DNA of 64,000 nucleotides, from NCBI GenBank assembly GCA_002269645.1, contig NIVC01001001.1, positions 62,001-126,000 on the forward strand, written 5' to 3'. Shown here piece after piece: positions 46,900 through 61,173 of this stretch. The notes beneath the pieces are model-generated. The model saw only the letters and a program-made list of their open reading frames with translations. It made no database searches and had not been told where the DNA came from. The translations under genes were made by a program, and so were the position numbers. Position 1 is the first letter of the stretch, and every line of letters starts with the position of its first letter. This stretch comes from Macrostomum lignano. Taxonomy: Eukaryota.

Positions 46900-49650
46900 C
46901 ACTTATACTCAGTTGGTTGATATAGCAAGGTGAGTGCCAGCAGGTTTTGCCCCTCTCTACCATAGCTACAAAGGCAGTGGCCAATAAGCATTATCTAGCG
47001 CTAATAGAAGGTGGCACTGAGCTGAAGCATGCAGGCTCTTGCTATCAATAGGTCCGTTGGCAACCGCTCTGGATAATGGATACCAAGTGCAAATGGCAGT
47101 AGCAATTGGTAGACAGTGTCCAAGGCTTGAGACCTCAAGTCAGTCATTGGCACTAGCTCTAGTCCAAATAGGAAGATTGGCTCTATGAAAGCGCGGAACA
47201 AGTGTATCTTTAGGTTGTCATTGGCTAGGCCTATGACCTCTAGTCAGCAATGATAGAGTCAGGGCTCATCACAAGGGAGCCCAGGTACTAGAAGTCTTTG
47301 CAGACTGAATGACTTGCCTATCTAGTAGGGTTAGGATTGGTGCTGCATTGGTGCCTATATGCAGCACCATCTTGTGTGCATTGATTTGCAGTCCAACTTG
47401 GGCACTTTCCTCATAGAGTTTCAAGAGCACTCTCTAGGTGGCAGTTGGACTGCGGCACAGCAAGGCAATGTTGTTGGTGTACGCAAGGGTGGGCAAAAGG
47501 GTAGCATTGCAGTGGGAGCTTTGGTGTGATGCCAGCAGGTAACTGTCCTCCTCTATAAGGCTTTGGCGTAGCACATAGTCAACAACAAGGACGAAAAGCA
47601 AAGAGGCCAATGTGTCACCTTGAAGGATTCCAGGGCTAGTGCAGAAGTCCTTAGTTGGGCTATCGCTGGTTTGGACAAAGGCTTTGCTGTTGTTATAAAG
47701 GTCCATCACTATGGAGATAAAAGCCAGGGGGATGCCATAGTGCTCAAGTAGCCACGCAATTGCGTACTGGCACACTGAGTCAAAAGCTTTGCAGAAATCC
47801 ACAAAGACAAATGACACAGCTCTTTGGTGAGTTTTACAGGCTTCAACAACTGCTAGAAAGGCTGCAATTTGCTCTGTTGTCAAGCAGCTAGGCCTGAAGC
47901 CACTTTGGAGGCTCAGGATCATTTGGTTAAGGCCAGGTAGCAGCCAATTATGCAGTATAGCATTGAGCAGCTTAGCCAAAATGCATTCCAGAGCAATGCC
48001 ATGTTGGTTATCCAGACTGGTGGATGCACCCTTCTTGGGGATAGAGATAATCTTAGAGGTGTGCCAGTTGTTAGCAGCAGTAGCATCTAAGTTGCCTCCA
48101 AGTAGACAATGCTTGTTGAGCACAGTCATGATATCCTGTGTATGTCAGCTCTGGCAGCTTAAGCACCCCAGGTGAAATGCCATCTACTCCGGCAGCAGCA
48201 TCAGGGTGCATGGTCTTGAGCACTCAGTTCACCTTATAGGCAGTTAGCAAGCCAGAGTTGAAAGTCAAGGGCTCAGCCAGAGTAAAATTTTTAATCAGCA
48301 GCAAATCAGTACAGAGGGTAATAGAGCGTTATGCACATTGTGGTAATGAGTGGCTAGCAGGGCTTTGTGATGGTGTATGAACTCAGCATCTACAATGGCA
48401 TTGGCCCTCTGCTTCCTGCCAGTCAGGCAGTTGATGGCATGCTAGGCCGCTGTATGCTGGCAGTTGTCTGTTGCTAGTTGAATTTTAGCAATAGCCTTCT
48501 GGACAAAGGCTTTGGTCCTCTGGGCATGCATGTTGCATAGTTGGGCCTAGGCTATTTCAGCCTACTCACTGTCTTGGCCAAAGACTGCGGTTGTTCTTTG
48601 CATGTCGCACCTAGCAATGGAGATCTCTTCGTTGGAGTCCTAGAAGGCTTTTGGCTGGTGTGGTTTTCATTTTGGTAGGATCAAGGCAGCTTTCTCAATA
48701 GCTTTGGTGAAGGCATCCATTGATTCATTCAGGGCCAGAGTAGCATTTTGCAGCTTTTCAATGAACGCACTGTGCATGTCTAGGTTTCTCAGATCTACCC
48801 AAAGGGGGTACAGTAGGCCAGCCTTGAACTTTTTCTATTGGCAGTCAATGTTGTAGGCCAGCAGAGAATGGTTAGACCTCACATAGCTAGGGCAGATATT
48901 GACTACTTTGTGCAATAGAGATCTGATGGCCAATAGGCACAAAATCCAGTCTAGCCTAGTGGTCTGTCCATTTGTGCCTAAGAAGTCGGGCAGCTTGTTG
49001 TACTACTGCCGCATGATACCATTGGCTGCAATCAGGTCTTGAGAGTGAATGAAAGTTGGCAGGAAGTCCAAGTTGGTATTAGTAGAGCCGCAGTTGTTCT
49101 TCACCAGGTGGCTATCAAGAGACAGTGGCGTGTTGAAGTCTCTAGGAACAAAAAGCAGGTCACAACTAGGGACCAAGTCAATGAGTGATCCTAGGTGGTC
49201 ATACATTGACTTAGTCTCGGTAGGGTCAGTAGCTGTACGTGGGGCTAAGGGGGCGTAGATGCAGATTACATGAAGGTGCCTGTCCTTTGTGGCAAAAGAG
49301 GCAATGCCAAGGCGGTCAGTTGGGAAGCTGACATTCAGAAGGGCCCTTGAAGCACCAGGTGATAGCAGAAACCCAATGCCTCCAGTGCCCTAGGCTGAGG
49401 CTGGGGTGGCTTGGAACTGCTAGCCAAGGCCTGGATTAGCGCACTTTTTGGTGCTCTTGCAGTGTTCTTGGATAGCCAGAATAGAGATGTTCATGCTCTT
49501 TGCCAGCTTGGTTAATTCATGCAGTCTCCAGGGGGCAGTGAGAGTTTGTGCGTTGAAGGTAGCAAGTCTTATATAGTTATCAAGCTGGTTTTGACTTTCT
49601 TTGGTTGTCTTGATTGTTCTGCTAGCTAGTGCAGTGCAGAGGACTGGCAA
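46900..49650 (-). pseudogene. Hypermutated RTE-like LINE (APE endonuclease plus RT)
   Basis: IRLATFNAQTL, ILAIQEH, GGIGFLL, ICIYAP, P(R)DFN, RLDWILC, QSGFRP, FVDFCKAFDSV, GILQGDTLA, LAY(TNN)IALL (from YADD) and DF*YLGS, with many TAG stops. Confidence 0.9.
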
Positions 49651-50339
49651 GGATAATGTGTCCAATCATCTAGCAGGCTCTGGCTAGGTAGGCTGCAAGT
49701 CCTAGTGGAGCTAGCAGGCAGCAGTGCACAATGCATTGCATTGGGCATTAAAGTGTGTGCATCAGCATTTGGAGCTATATACACTCCACCATCCTCTGTG
49801 GGTCACGATCTTTGTTTGCCACTCTGTCAAGTTGATGGCGACACCATTGGCACCTGGCCCTGTTGACTAGGGGCTGGAGGTGGGCAACCAATTGTCTTGC
49901 ATTGGGCATGAAATTATAGCCAACTGAAAACTATAGCCAATTGAAAATTATAGCCAATGTAACAAGGTCCTAAGCCAGGATGGTGTATTTTATACATCAA
50001 GCATGTGGAACCATTTTTTTACCAGAAAGGTGCATAGAACAGAAGAGTTTTTGCCAGAAAAGCATATATTTTTGCAAAATTTTGGATTTAAATATTATCA
50101 ATAGTATTACTAGTGCAGATAATAATTTACTAAAGCTCCCTCAAAGCCAAAGAAAAAAAATAATAAAGTTTTATGTGTGCACATTAATTATTTATTGTCC
50201 ATATAGAATTGATTACTTTTTGGGAGGAATTTCACCCTAGGTCCTAAGAACTTGGCATGGAATAATATTTCCCATTCATGGTATATAGTACTTATAGTCT
50301 CAAAGTCTAGATAGTCTTAGTCTACTCTTCTGCAATCTA

Positions 50340-50490
50340 GCTGCTGCCCAGCGCACTCTCACAAGGCTCTGTAACGAGGGTGCCCATGTTGGGCTGCTGG
50401 TGAATGCTTGTAAGATGGAGGCTCTGCACATAGGTTCAAATGCCCCCCCCCCAACTCTCACGCTGCCCAATGGAGACTGCATCCCCTCTA
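50340..50490 (+). mobile_element. Short RT fragment of the same RTE-like group
   Basis: LCNEGAHVGLLVNACKMEALHIGSNAPPPTLTL parallels LYEESAQVGLQINAHKMVLHIGTNAAPILTL near 47300-47420. Confidence 0.55.
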
Positions 50491-50899
50491 GCTCTGGCCA
50501 TGCTGCACGGGCCGACTGAGCAATTGTGCTGCAGCCAGGCTCGCACTGCCACTCTAATAGACTGGCTCATCGCTGACCTGCAGGCACTTGACCTGACCCT
50601 ATTAGAATTAGATAGAAATTATTCCTATGATACTATAGAGATAAAAATATCAAACAATAATATTTAATAACAAGTTTGCCATCTTTTCCAAAATATATAA
50701 ATCATTAAAAATATATTTAGAGACAAAACATTAAAAGAATTGAATTACTTCCTTTCCTACTTGGCATTGTACTAGGCCTAGATTTTCTTTTCTTTTTTAT
50801 ATGCCATATTACACTATCTACACTAGTCAATGTAGAGCTAGGCTATTTTCTATGCTGCATTATATCAATTAGCACAGTTGAATCGAACTACCATTTTTG

Positions 50900-51029
50900 A
50901 TGCTAGAATTTTCTACAAAGGCCACCCACCTTGATTATTCATAGTCTATATACCTATTTGGCTAGTCTAGTCCATAGTTCATAGGCCCATAGTCTAAAAG
51001 ATAGCCTTTATGATAGAAAATTCTAGCAT
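50900..51029. mobile_element. Small MITE-like inverted repeat
   Basis: 16-bp perfect IR ATGCTAGAATTTTCTA (50900-50915 and 51014-51029). Confidence 0.5.
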
Positions 51030-51085
51030 ATCTTTGCATTTCATTGAAAGTCTTGGTAATATAATACTTTTTAGCATATATATAC

Positions 51086-51280
51086 AACCGTGGGAATCGC
51101 CTGGCCATTTCTATTGGCAACACACATATAAGTTGCTATTGTCTAAGTCTAAGAGGCTAAGAGCAGTCATATGATTACTATTCTATCCAATAGCAACTGA
51201 CATATGTCTGTGTATATGTACTCGAATGTGTACATGTACATATATGTTGCCAATAGAAATGGCCAGGTGAATCCCTAGTT
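51086..51280. mobile_element. About 195-bp palindromic MITE
   Basis: Perfect 23-bp IR CCTGGCCATTTCTATTGGCAACA (51100-51122 and 51245-51267) extending to imperfect GGG/CCC ends, plus an inner IR GTTGCTATTG/CAATAGCAAC. Confidence 0.7.
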
Positions 51281-52218
51281 AATACCCAAGCATACTTTTT
51301 AAGCATAGCATTGGCATACATAGTTGGTGTATAAAATAGTCAATTTTAGGTTAGGTATAGGTCTATATAGGTATATGGTATAGCTAAATTTTGAATAAAG
51401 AAAGCTCTTAAAAATTTATAGAAACGATAGTTAAAATAATATGTAATAACCCTATATAAAAATGAAAATAAATTGAAGAAAAATGTTTATACAAAAAACA
51501 GAATCTTTATAATAGTTTAGGGCCTAAAACTCTTGTTTCTATTTAAAGATTATTTTGTAAAAAAGTTTGGTATATAAGTACATTTGTACATATAAATAGA
51601 AGCCTGACATCCTTTATGTAGGCATATAGGCAGTGACCTATCAATATCTAGCATTTTCTCTACAAGGTATAGACTAAGGATGGCATATGACCCCTTGGAT
51701 CTATTGGTGGATGCTACTGATGGCTATGTCACTTTTTAGGCCCCAAATCATTTGACCAGATCTAAAATAGCTACTAGCAATAAGTTGATATGATACAATG
51801 CTGAGTTTATATAGCTATAGCTATATCCATAGCTATCAAATTGCTATGGATATTCTATGAAAAATGTTTGAAATACCATAGTTGCTAAGCAATACTTTTG
51901 GCCTAACATGTTTTGCAACTTAAAGAAAAAATTACTAAAAAATTGTCAATCAATTTTGCTAAATTTGCTAGCTAGCTAGTAGTTACACTTTATAAAGTAT
52001 ATTTATAATGACTAGATATCTTACTGATAAGTGATGGACCTTAATAAATATGAAATTAATATTTGAGGCTATATTTCCAGATTGGATCTTTCTAATTTTT
52101 CATTTTTTCTGTTTTATTAAGGTTTTAATTATCAATTTATAAATTGTATTTTTCAATGTCTTACAGCAAATTATTCTATATAAATTGAAATTGCAATCAA
52201 ACCTCACTTATAAAAAGA

Positions 52219-55200
52219 ATGAAGCTGTTCTGGAAAGATCTGCTCAGCTATTTAGCCGTGTGGTTTGTCTGGCTTTATGGCGCCATTGAAGTGCCCAGAC
52301 TAGTTTTGCTGCCCCGTCTGTCTGATTTAAGTGCACTAGCACTGATATGGTATGTATTTGTACTGGTCACCACTTTGGCCTGTTTTCTAATGGCTGGCCG
52401 GTCTAACCCTGGTTACGTCACCAGTGATGAGGATGTGAAGCAGTATGTGGGAAGGTTTCTAATTAAAGACCGGCCTGGCATGGAGTTCTGTCCGAAGTGC
52501 AATAGAGAACGGCCTGTGCGGTCGCATCATTGCTCAAGGTGAGTGCACAGGATCACAGGTGTGACATTTTCAATGATAGGAATGACATTCTCAAATTACA
52601 GACTGTGACATTCTCAAAATAGAGACTGACATTCTCAAAGTACAGACTATGACATTCTCAAAATACAGACTGACATTCTCAAAGTACAGACTGTGACATT
52701 CTCAAAATAGAGACTGTGACATTCTCAAAATACAGACTGTGACATTCTCAAAATACCGACTGTGACATTCTCAAAGTACAGACTGTGACATTCTCAAAAT
52801 ACAGACTGTGACATTATCAAAATACAGACTGTGACATTCTCAAAATACCGACTGTGACATTCTCAAAATACAGACTGTGACATTCTCAAAATACAGACTG
52901 TGACATTCTCAAAATACCGACTGTGACATTCTCAAAATACAGACTATGACATTCTCAAAATACAGACTGACATTCTCAAAATACAGACTGACATTCTCAA
53001 AGTACAGACTGTGACATTCTCAAAATACAGACTGTGACATTCTCAAAATACAGACTGACATTCTCAAAATACAGACTGACATTCTCAAAATACAGACTGA
53101 CATTCTCAAAATACAGACTGACATTCTCAAAATACAGACTGACATTCTCAAAATACAGACTGTGACATTCTCAAAATACAGACTGACATTCTCAAAATAC
53201 AGACTGTGACATTCTCAAAATACAGACTGACATTCTCAAAATACAGACTGACATTATCAAAATACAGACTGTGACATTCTCAAAATACAGACTGTGACAT
53301 TCTCAAAATACAGACTGTGACATTCTCAAAATACAGACTGACATTCTCAAAATACAGACTGTGACATTCTCAAAATACAGACTGACATTCTCAAAATACA
53401 GACTGTGACATTCTCAAAATACAGACTGACATTCTCAAAATACAGACTGACATTATCAAAATACAGACTGTGACATTCTCAAAATACAGACTGTGACATT
53501 CTCAAAATACAGACTGTGACATTCTCAAAATACAGACTGACATTCTCAAAATACAGACTGACATTCTCAAAATACAGACTGTGACATTCTCAAAATACAG
53601 ACTGACATTCTCAAAATACAGACTGACATTCTCAAAATACAGACTATGACATTCTCAAAATACAGACTGTGACATTCTCAAAATACAGACTGTGACATTC
53701 TCAAAATACAGACTGTGACATTCTCAAAATACAGACTGTGACATTCTCAAAATACAGACTGACATTCTCAAAATACAGACTGACATTCTCAAAATACAGA
53801 CTGACATTCTCAAAATACAGACTGACATTCTCAAAATACAGACTGACATTCTCAAAATACAGACTGTGACATTCTCAAAATACAGACTGACATTCTCAAA
53901 ATACAGACTGTGACATTCTCAAAATACAGACTGACATTCTCAAAATACAGACTGTGACATTCTCAAAATACAGACTGACATTCTCAAAATACAGACTGAC
54001 ATTCTCAAAATACAGACTGACATTCTCAAAATACAGACTGTGACATTCTCAAAATACAGACTGACATTCTCAAAATACAGACTATGACATTCTCAAAATA
54101 CAGACTGTGACATTCTCAAAATACCGACTGTGACATTCTCAAAATACAGACTGTGACATTCTCAAAATACAGACTGTGACATTCTCAAAATACAGACTGA
54201 CATTCTCAAAATACAGACTGTGACATTCTCAAAATACAGACTGACATTCTCAAAATACAGACTGACATTCTCAAAATACAGACTGTGACATTCTCAAAAT
54301 ACAGACTGACATTCTCAAAATACAGACTGACATTCTCAAAATACAGACTGTGACATTCTCAAAATACAGACTATGACATTCTCAAAATACAGACTGTGAC
54401 ATTCTCAAAATACAGACTGACATTCTCAAAATACAGACTGACATTCTCAAAATACAGACTGACATTCTCAAAATACAGACTGACATTCTCAAAATACAGA
54501 CTGTGACATTCTCAAAATACAGACTGTGACATTCTCAAAATACAGACTGACATTCTCAAAATACAGACTGTGACATTCTCAAAATACAGACTGACATTCT
54601 CAAAATACAGACTGACATTCTCAAAATACAGACTGTGACATTCTCAAAATACAGACTGTGACATTCTCAAAATACAGACTGACATTCTCAAAATACAGAC
54701 TGTGACATTCTCAAAATACAGACTGTGACATTCTCAAAATACAGACTGTGACATTCTCAAAATACACTGTGACATTCTCAAAATACAGACTGACATTCTC
54801 AAAATACAGACTGTGACATTCTCAAAATACAGACTGTGACATTCTCAAAATACAGACTGTGACATTCTCAAATACAGACTGACATTCTCAAAATACAGAC
54901 TGACATTCTCAAAATACAGACTGACATTCTCAAAATACAGACTGTGACATTCTCAAAATACAGACTGTGACATTCTCAAAATACAGACTGTGACATTATC
55001 AAAATACAGACTATGACATTCTCAAAATACAGACTGTGACATTCTCAAAATACAGACTGACATTCTCAAAATACAGACTGTGACATTCTCAAATACAGAC
55101 TATGACATTCTCAAAATACAGACTGTGACATTCTCAAAATACAGACTATGACATTCTCAAAATACAGACTATGACATTCTCAAAATACAGACTATGACAT

Positions 55201-58200
55201 TCTCAAAATACAGACTGTGACATTCTTAAAATACAGACTGTGACATTCTCAAAATACAGACTGACATTCTCAAAATACAGACTGTGACATTCTCAAAATA
55301 CAGACTGACATTCTCAAAATACAGACTATGACATTCTCAAAATACAGACTGTGACATTCTTAAAATACAGACTGTGACATTCTCAAAATACAGACTGACA
55401 TTCTCAAAATACAGACTGACATTCTCAAAATACAGACTGTGACATTCTCAAAATACAGACTGACATTCTCAAAATACAGACTGACATTCTCAAAATACAG
55501 ACTGACACTCTCAAAATACAGACTGACATTCTCAAAATACAGACTGACATTCTCAAAATACAGACTGACATTCTCAAAATACAGACTGACATTCTCAAAA
55601 TACAGACTGACATTCTCAAAATACAGACTGTGACATTCTCAAAATACAGACTGTGACATTCTCAAAATACAGACTGTGACATTCTTAAAATACAGACTGT
55701 GACATTCTCAAAATACAGACTGTGACATTCTCAAAATACAGACTATGACATTCTCAAAATACAGACTGTGACATTCTCAAAATACAGACTGACATTCTCA
55801 AAATACAGACTGTGACATTCTCAAAATACAGACTATGACATTCTCAAAATACAGACTATGACATTCTCAAAATACAGACTGTGACATTCTCAAAATACAG
55901 ACTATGACATTCTCAAAATACAGACTGACATTCTCAAAATACAGACTGTGACATTCTTAAAATACAGACTGTGACATTCTCAAAATACAGACTATGACAT
56001 TCTCAAAATACAGACTGACATTCTCAAAATACAGACTGTGACATTCTCAAAATACAGACTGTGACATTCTCAAAATACAGACTATGACATTCTCAAAATA
56101 CAGACTGACATTCTCAAAATACAGACTGACATTATCAAAATACAGACTGTGACATTCTCAAAATACAGACTGTGACATTCTCAAAATACAGACTGTGACA
56201 TTCTCAAAATACAGACTGACATTCTCAAAATACAGACTGACATTCTCAAAATACAGACTGTGACATTCTCAAAATACAGACTGACATTCTCAAAATACAG
56301 ACTGACATTCTCAAAATACAGACTATGACATTCTCAAAATACAGACTGTGACATTCTCAAAATACAGACTGTGACATTCTCAAAATACAGACTGTGACAT
56401 TCTCAAAATACAGACTGTGACATTCTCAAAATACAGACTGACATTCTCAAAATACAGACTGACATTCTCAAAATACAGACTGACATTCTCAAAATACAGA
56501 CTGACATTCTCAAAATACAGACTGACATTCTCAAAATACAGACTGTGACATTCTCAAAATACAGACTGACATTCTCAAAATACAGACTGTGACATTCTCA
56601 AAATACAGACTGACATTCTCAAAATACAGACTGTGACATTCTCAAAATACAGACTGACATTCTCAAAATACAGACTGACATTCTCAAAATACAGACTGAC
56701 ATTCTCAAAATACAGACTGTGACATTCTCAAAATACAGACTGACATTCTCAAAATACAGACTATGACATTCTCAAAATACAGACTGTGACATTCTCAAAA
56801 TACCGACTGTGACATTCTCAAAATACAGACTGTGACATTCTCAAAATACAGACTGTGACATTCTCAAAATACAGACTGACATTCTCAAAATACAGACTGT
56901 GACATTCTCAAAATACAGACTGACATTCTCAAAATACAGACTGACATTCTCAAAATACAGACTGTGACATTCTCAAAATACAGACTGACATTCTCAAAAT
57001 ACAGACTGACATTCTCAAAATACAGACTGTGACATTCTCAAAATACAGACTATGACATTCTCAAAATACAGACTGTGACATTCTCAAAATACAGACTGAC
57101 ATTCTCAAAATACAGACTGACATTCTCAAAATACAGACTGACATTCTCAAAATACAGACTGACATTCTCAAAATACAGACTGTGACATTCTCAAAATACA
57201 GACTGTGACATTCTCAAAATACAGACTGACATTCTCAAAATACAGACTGTGACATTCTCAAAATACAGACTGACATTCTCAAAATACAGACTGACATTCT
57301 CAAAATACAGACTGACATTCTCAAAATACAGACTGTGACATTCTCAAAATACAGACTGTGACATTCTCAAAATACAGACTGACATTCTCAAAATACAGAC
57401 TGTGACATTCTCAAAATACAGACTGTGACATTCTCAAAATACAGACTGTGACATTCTCAAAATACAGACTGACATTCTCAAAATACAGACTGTGACATTC
57501 TCAAAATACAGACTGTGACATTCTCAAAATACAGACTGTGACATTCTCAACATACAGACTGACATTCTCAAAATACAGACTGACATTCTCAAAATACAGA
57601 CTGACATTCTCAAAATACAGACTGTGACATTCTCAAAATACAGACTGTGACATTCTCAAAATACAGACTGTGACATTATCAAAATACAGACTATGACATT
57701 CTCAAAATACAGACTGTGACATTCTCAAAATACAGACTGACATTCTCAAAATACAGACTGTGACATTCTCAACATACAGACTATGACATTCTCAAAATAC
57801 AGACTGTGACATTCTCAAAATACAGACTATGACATTCTCAAAATACAGACTATGACATTCTCAAAATACAGACTATGACATTCTCAAAATACAGACTGTG
57901 ACATTCTTAAAATACAGACTGTGACATTCTCAAAATACAGACTGACATTCTCAAAATACAGACTGTGACATTCTCAAAATACAGACTGACATTCTCAAAA
58001 TACAGACTATGACATTCTCAAAATACAGACTGTGACATTCTTAAAATACAGACTGTGACATTCTCAAAATACAGACTGACATTCTCAAAATACAGACTGA
58101 CATTCTCAAAATACAGACTGTGACATTCTCAAAATACAGACTGACATTCTCAAAATACAGACTGACATTCTCAAAATACAGACTGACACTCTCAAAATAC

Positions 58201-59670
58201 AGACTGACATTCTCAAAATACAGACTGACATTCTCAAAATACAGACTGACATTCTCAAAATACAGACTGACATTCTCAAAATACAGACTGACATTCTCAA
58301 AATACAGACTGTGACATTCTCAAAATACAGACTGTGACATTCTCAAAATACAGACTGTGACATTCTTAAAATACAGACTGTGACATTCTCAAAATACAGA
58401 CTGTGACATTCTCAAAATACAGACTATGACATTCTCAAAATACAGACTGTGACATTCTCAAAATACAGACTGACATTCTCAAAATACAGACTGTGACATT
58501 CTCAAAATACAGACTATGACATTCTCAAAATACAGACTATGACATTCTCAAAATACAGACTGTGACATTCTCAAAATACAGACTATGACATTCTCAAAAT
58601 ACAGACTGACATTCTCAAAATACAGACTGTGACATTCTTAAAATACAGACTGTGACATTCTCAAAATACAGACTATGACATTCTCAAAATACAGACTGAC
58701 ATTCTCAAAATACAGACTGTGACATTCTTAAAATACAGACTGTGACATTCTCAAAATACAGACTATGACATTCTCAAAATACAGACTGACATTCTCAAAA
58801 TACAGACTGTGACATTCTTAAAATACAGACTGACATTCTCAAAATACAGACTATGACATTCTCAAAATACAGACTGACATTCTCAAAATACAGACTGTGA
58901 CATTCTTAAAATACAGACTGACATTCTCAAAATACAGACTATGACATTCTCAAAATACAGACTGACATTCTCAAAATACAGACTGACATTCTCAAAATAC
59001 AGACTGACATTCTCAAAATACAGACTGACATTCTCAAAATACAGACTGACATTCTCAAAATACAGACTGTTAAATTTCTTACTCATTTCAACTGGCCAGA
59101 TGCAATTGCTGCGTACTAGAGATGGATCATCACTGCCCATTCGTGCTCAACTGCATTGGCGAGCACAATAGATGGCGATTCATCCTATTGTTATTCTATG
59201 GCATACTGTTGTGCGCCAGCGCTCAATACCACCTGTGGCGCGATCTGCTTGGTTACTACGCGCCCACCTGCGGCATTTCCCATGCTAAAGCTGCCCCACA
59301 CACTCTGTCGGGAGGCAGAATAGAGCCTGCCATTGATTCATCATCTTCGCCTTGTCCGGATTATCGGTTATCGCGTCTAATTAGCGCAATTATAATTAGT
59401 TTAATCACAATGGTTGCCATGGGGATGCTGTTCACTGTGCAGAGCATCGGTATTCGAGAGTCTAGAACTACATTAGAATTGTTGGAAATTGTCAGACAAA
59501 AACAGCTACCGTCGGCGGCCGATTCGAGAGGCCGACGGTTGACGCTGTTCGAGTCAATGTCGCGCGTATTCGGCTACGACTCGCCCTGGGTCTGGCCTGT
59601 GCCCTGCCGGCGGCGGAAAGACCGACTGATTGACGAGGAGGTGGTGAAACTCAGCAGTATTAATGTGTGA
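52219..59670 (+). CDS. DHHC palmitoyl acyltransferase (ZDHHC family), 2 exons (52219-52538, 59100-59670), 296 aa
   Basis: Splicing (AG|gtgagt...ccag|A) gives CPKCNRERPVRSHHCSRCNCCVLEMDHHCPFVLNCIGEHNRWRF, with two hydrophobic helices on each side. The specific ZDHHC ortholog cannot be assigned. Confidence 0.93.
52560..59069. repeat. 6.5-kb 21/23-bp satellite GACATTCTCAAAATACAGACT(GT/AT) filling the DHHC intron
   Basis: Directly visible, with interspersed 21-bp and 23-bp variants and a higher-order duplication of about 2.68 kb. Confidence 0.98.
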
Positions 59671-59789
59671 CGGATTCCATTGATTGATGCTCATTGGCCT
59701 ACTAGGGGTCACTGCGTGCAGCTCTTTCTAGTGGCCACTTGTGGCAGCTTTCTGTTCTGTTTCTCCTAGTTCTTTGTCTGCTTTTTCTT

Positions 59790-60420
59790 GCTCCCCTATT
59801 CCTCTCTCCTCTCCCTCTCTTCCTTTTCCTCAGTCTTCCTCCCTCTTTCCTCTCCCTCTCCCTTCCTCTCCCCTCTCTCCTCTCCCTCTCCTTTCTCTGC
59901 CTCTCCCCCTCTTCCTCTTTCCTCTCCTCCCTCTCTCCCTCTTTCCTCTCCCTCTCTCCCTCTTTTCCTCTCCCTCTCTCCCTCTTTTCCTCTCCCCTCT
60001 CTCCCTCTTTCCCTCTCCCCTCTCTCCCTCTTTCCCTCTCCCCTCTCTCCCTCTTTTCCTCTCCCTCTCTCCCTCTTTCCCTCTCCCTCTCTCCCTCTTT
60101 TCCTCTCCCTCTCTCCCTCTTTTCCTCTCCCCTCTCTCCCTCTTTTCCTCTCCCTCTCTCCCTCTTTCCCTCTCCCTCTCTCCCTCTTTTCCTCTCCCTC
60201 TCTCCCTCTTTCCTCTCCCTCTCTCCCTCTTTCCTCTACCCTCTCTCCCTCTTTCCCTCTCCCCTCTCTCCCTCTTTCCTCTACCCTCTCTCCCTCCCTC
60301 TTTCCCTCTCCCCTCTCTCCCTCTTTTCCTCTCCCTCTCTCCCTCTTTCCTCTACCCTCTCCTTCCCTCGCCTCTCCATTTTCCCTTTCTCCTCCCCCCT
60401 CTCCCTCACTCTCCCTGTCT
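59790..60420. repeat. Polypyrimidine CT-rich tandem tract
   Basis: CCTCTCCCTCTCTCCCTCTTT-type units. Confidence 0.92.
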
Positions 60421-61173
60421 CCCTTTATCTGGCTTCACTGGCGCTTAATGAAAAAAATCAGACTTCATTTCCGCTTTTAAATTAAACTTGAACTAAAGTT
60501 AATCGCGCCTTAACAACTCAATCGGTTTTTATTGTTGGCAGCCCTCTGTGTGATTAACTGTCACTAACAAGAAACTAACTGACACGTTATGTCTACTTTT
60601 ATCAGTAGCAGTTGAGGCATGTACGAGTATCCCATATCAGCTTCCAGATGCTTGCAGATAAACTTGTATAATTGCAGATGTGCTTTTTTAATTTGCCTCG
60701 CTATGTAATTAGCAACTGCTTATGTCAACTCGATTATTTATATTTGTTTAATGCTTTCAATCCTTATTTATATGCATGCGTTGAACAAAAGCCAACCTAT
60801 TAGTTCGAAAAAATTATTTATAGATGTTAATCTTAGCATTCTTGATTAGCCTTGTTTAAGAAATTATCCTAGTTTTAGTTCCTGTGCTTGCTATTTAAAT
60901 ATTTGTTTTTATATAAACGCCCCGTATGTATTCAATATATATTAATGACTGTCCATTATTTAACTACTTGCAATATGCAAGCCTGATTTCTAATTTCTTT
61001 TTGCAATTGTCGTCATTGATGCTGATTTTTAGTGATTTGTTTTATTCATTGATTTTGTAAGGTCTTTTTTATTATCTTGCGAAGTAACTTTTTATTTATA
61101 TCTTGCAATCCATGTTATTATTAACGCTGATTGATAGTATGTTCTATATCTATTATAAGTATTAAAATAAATA

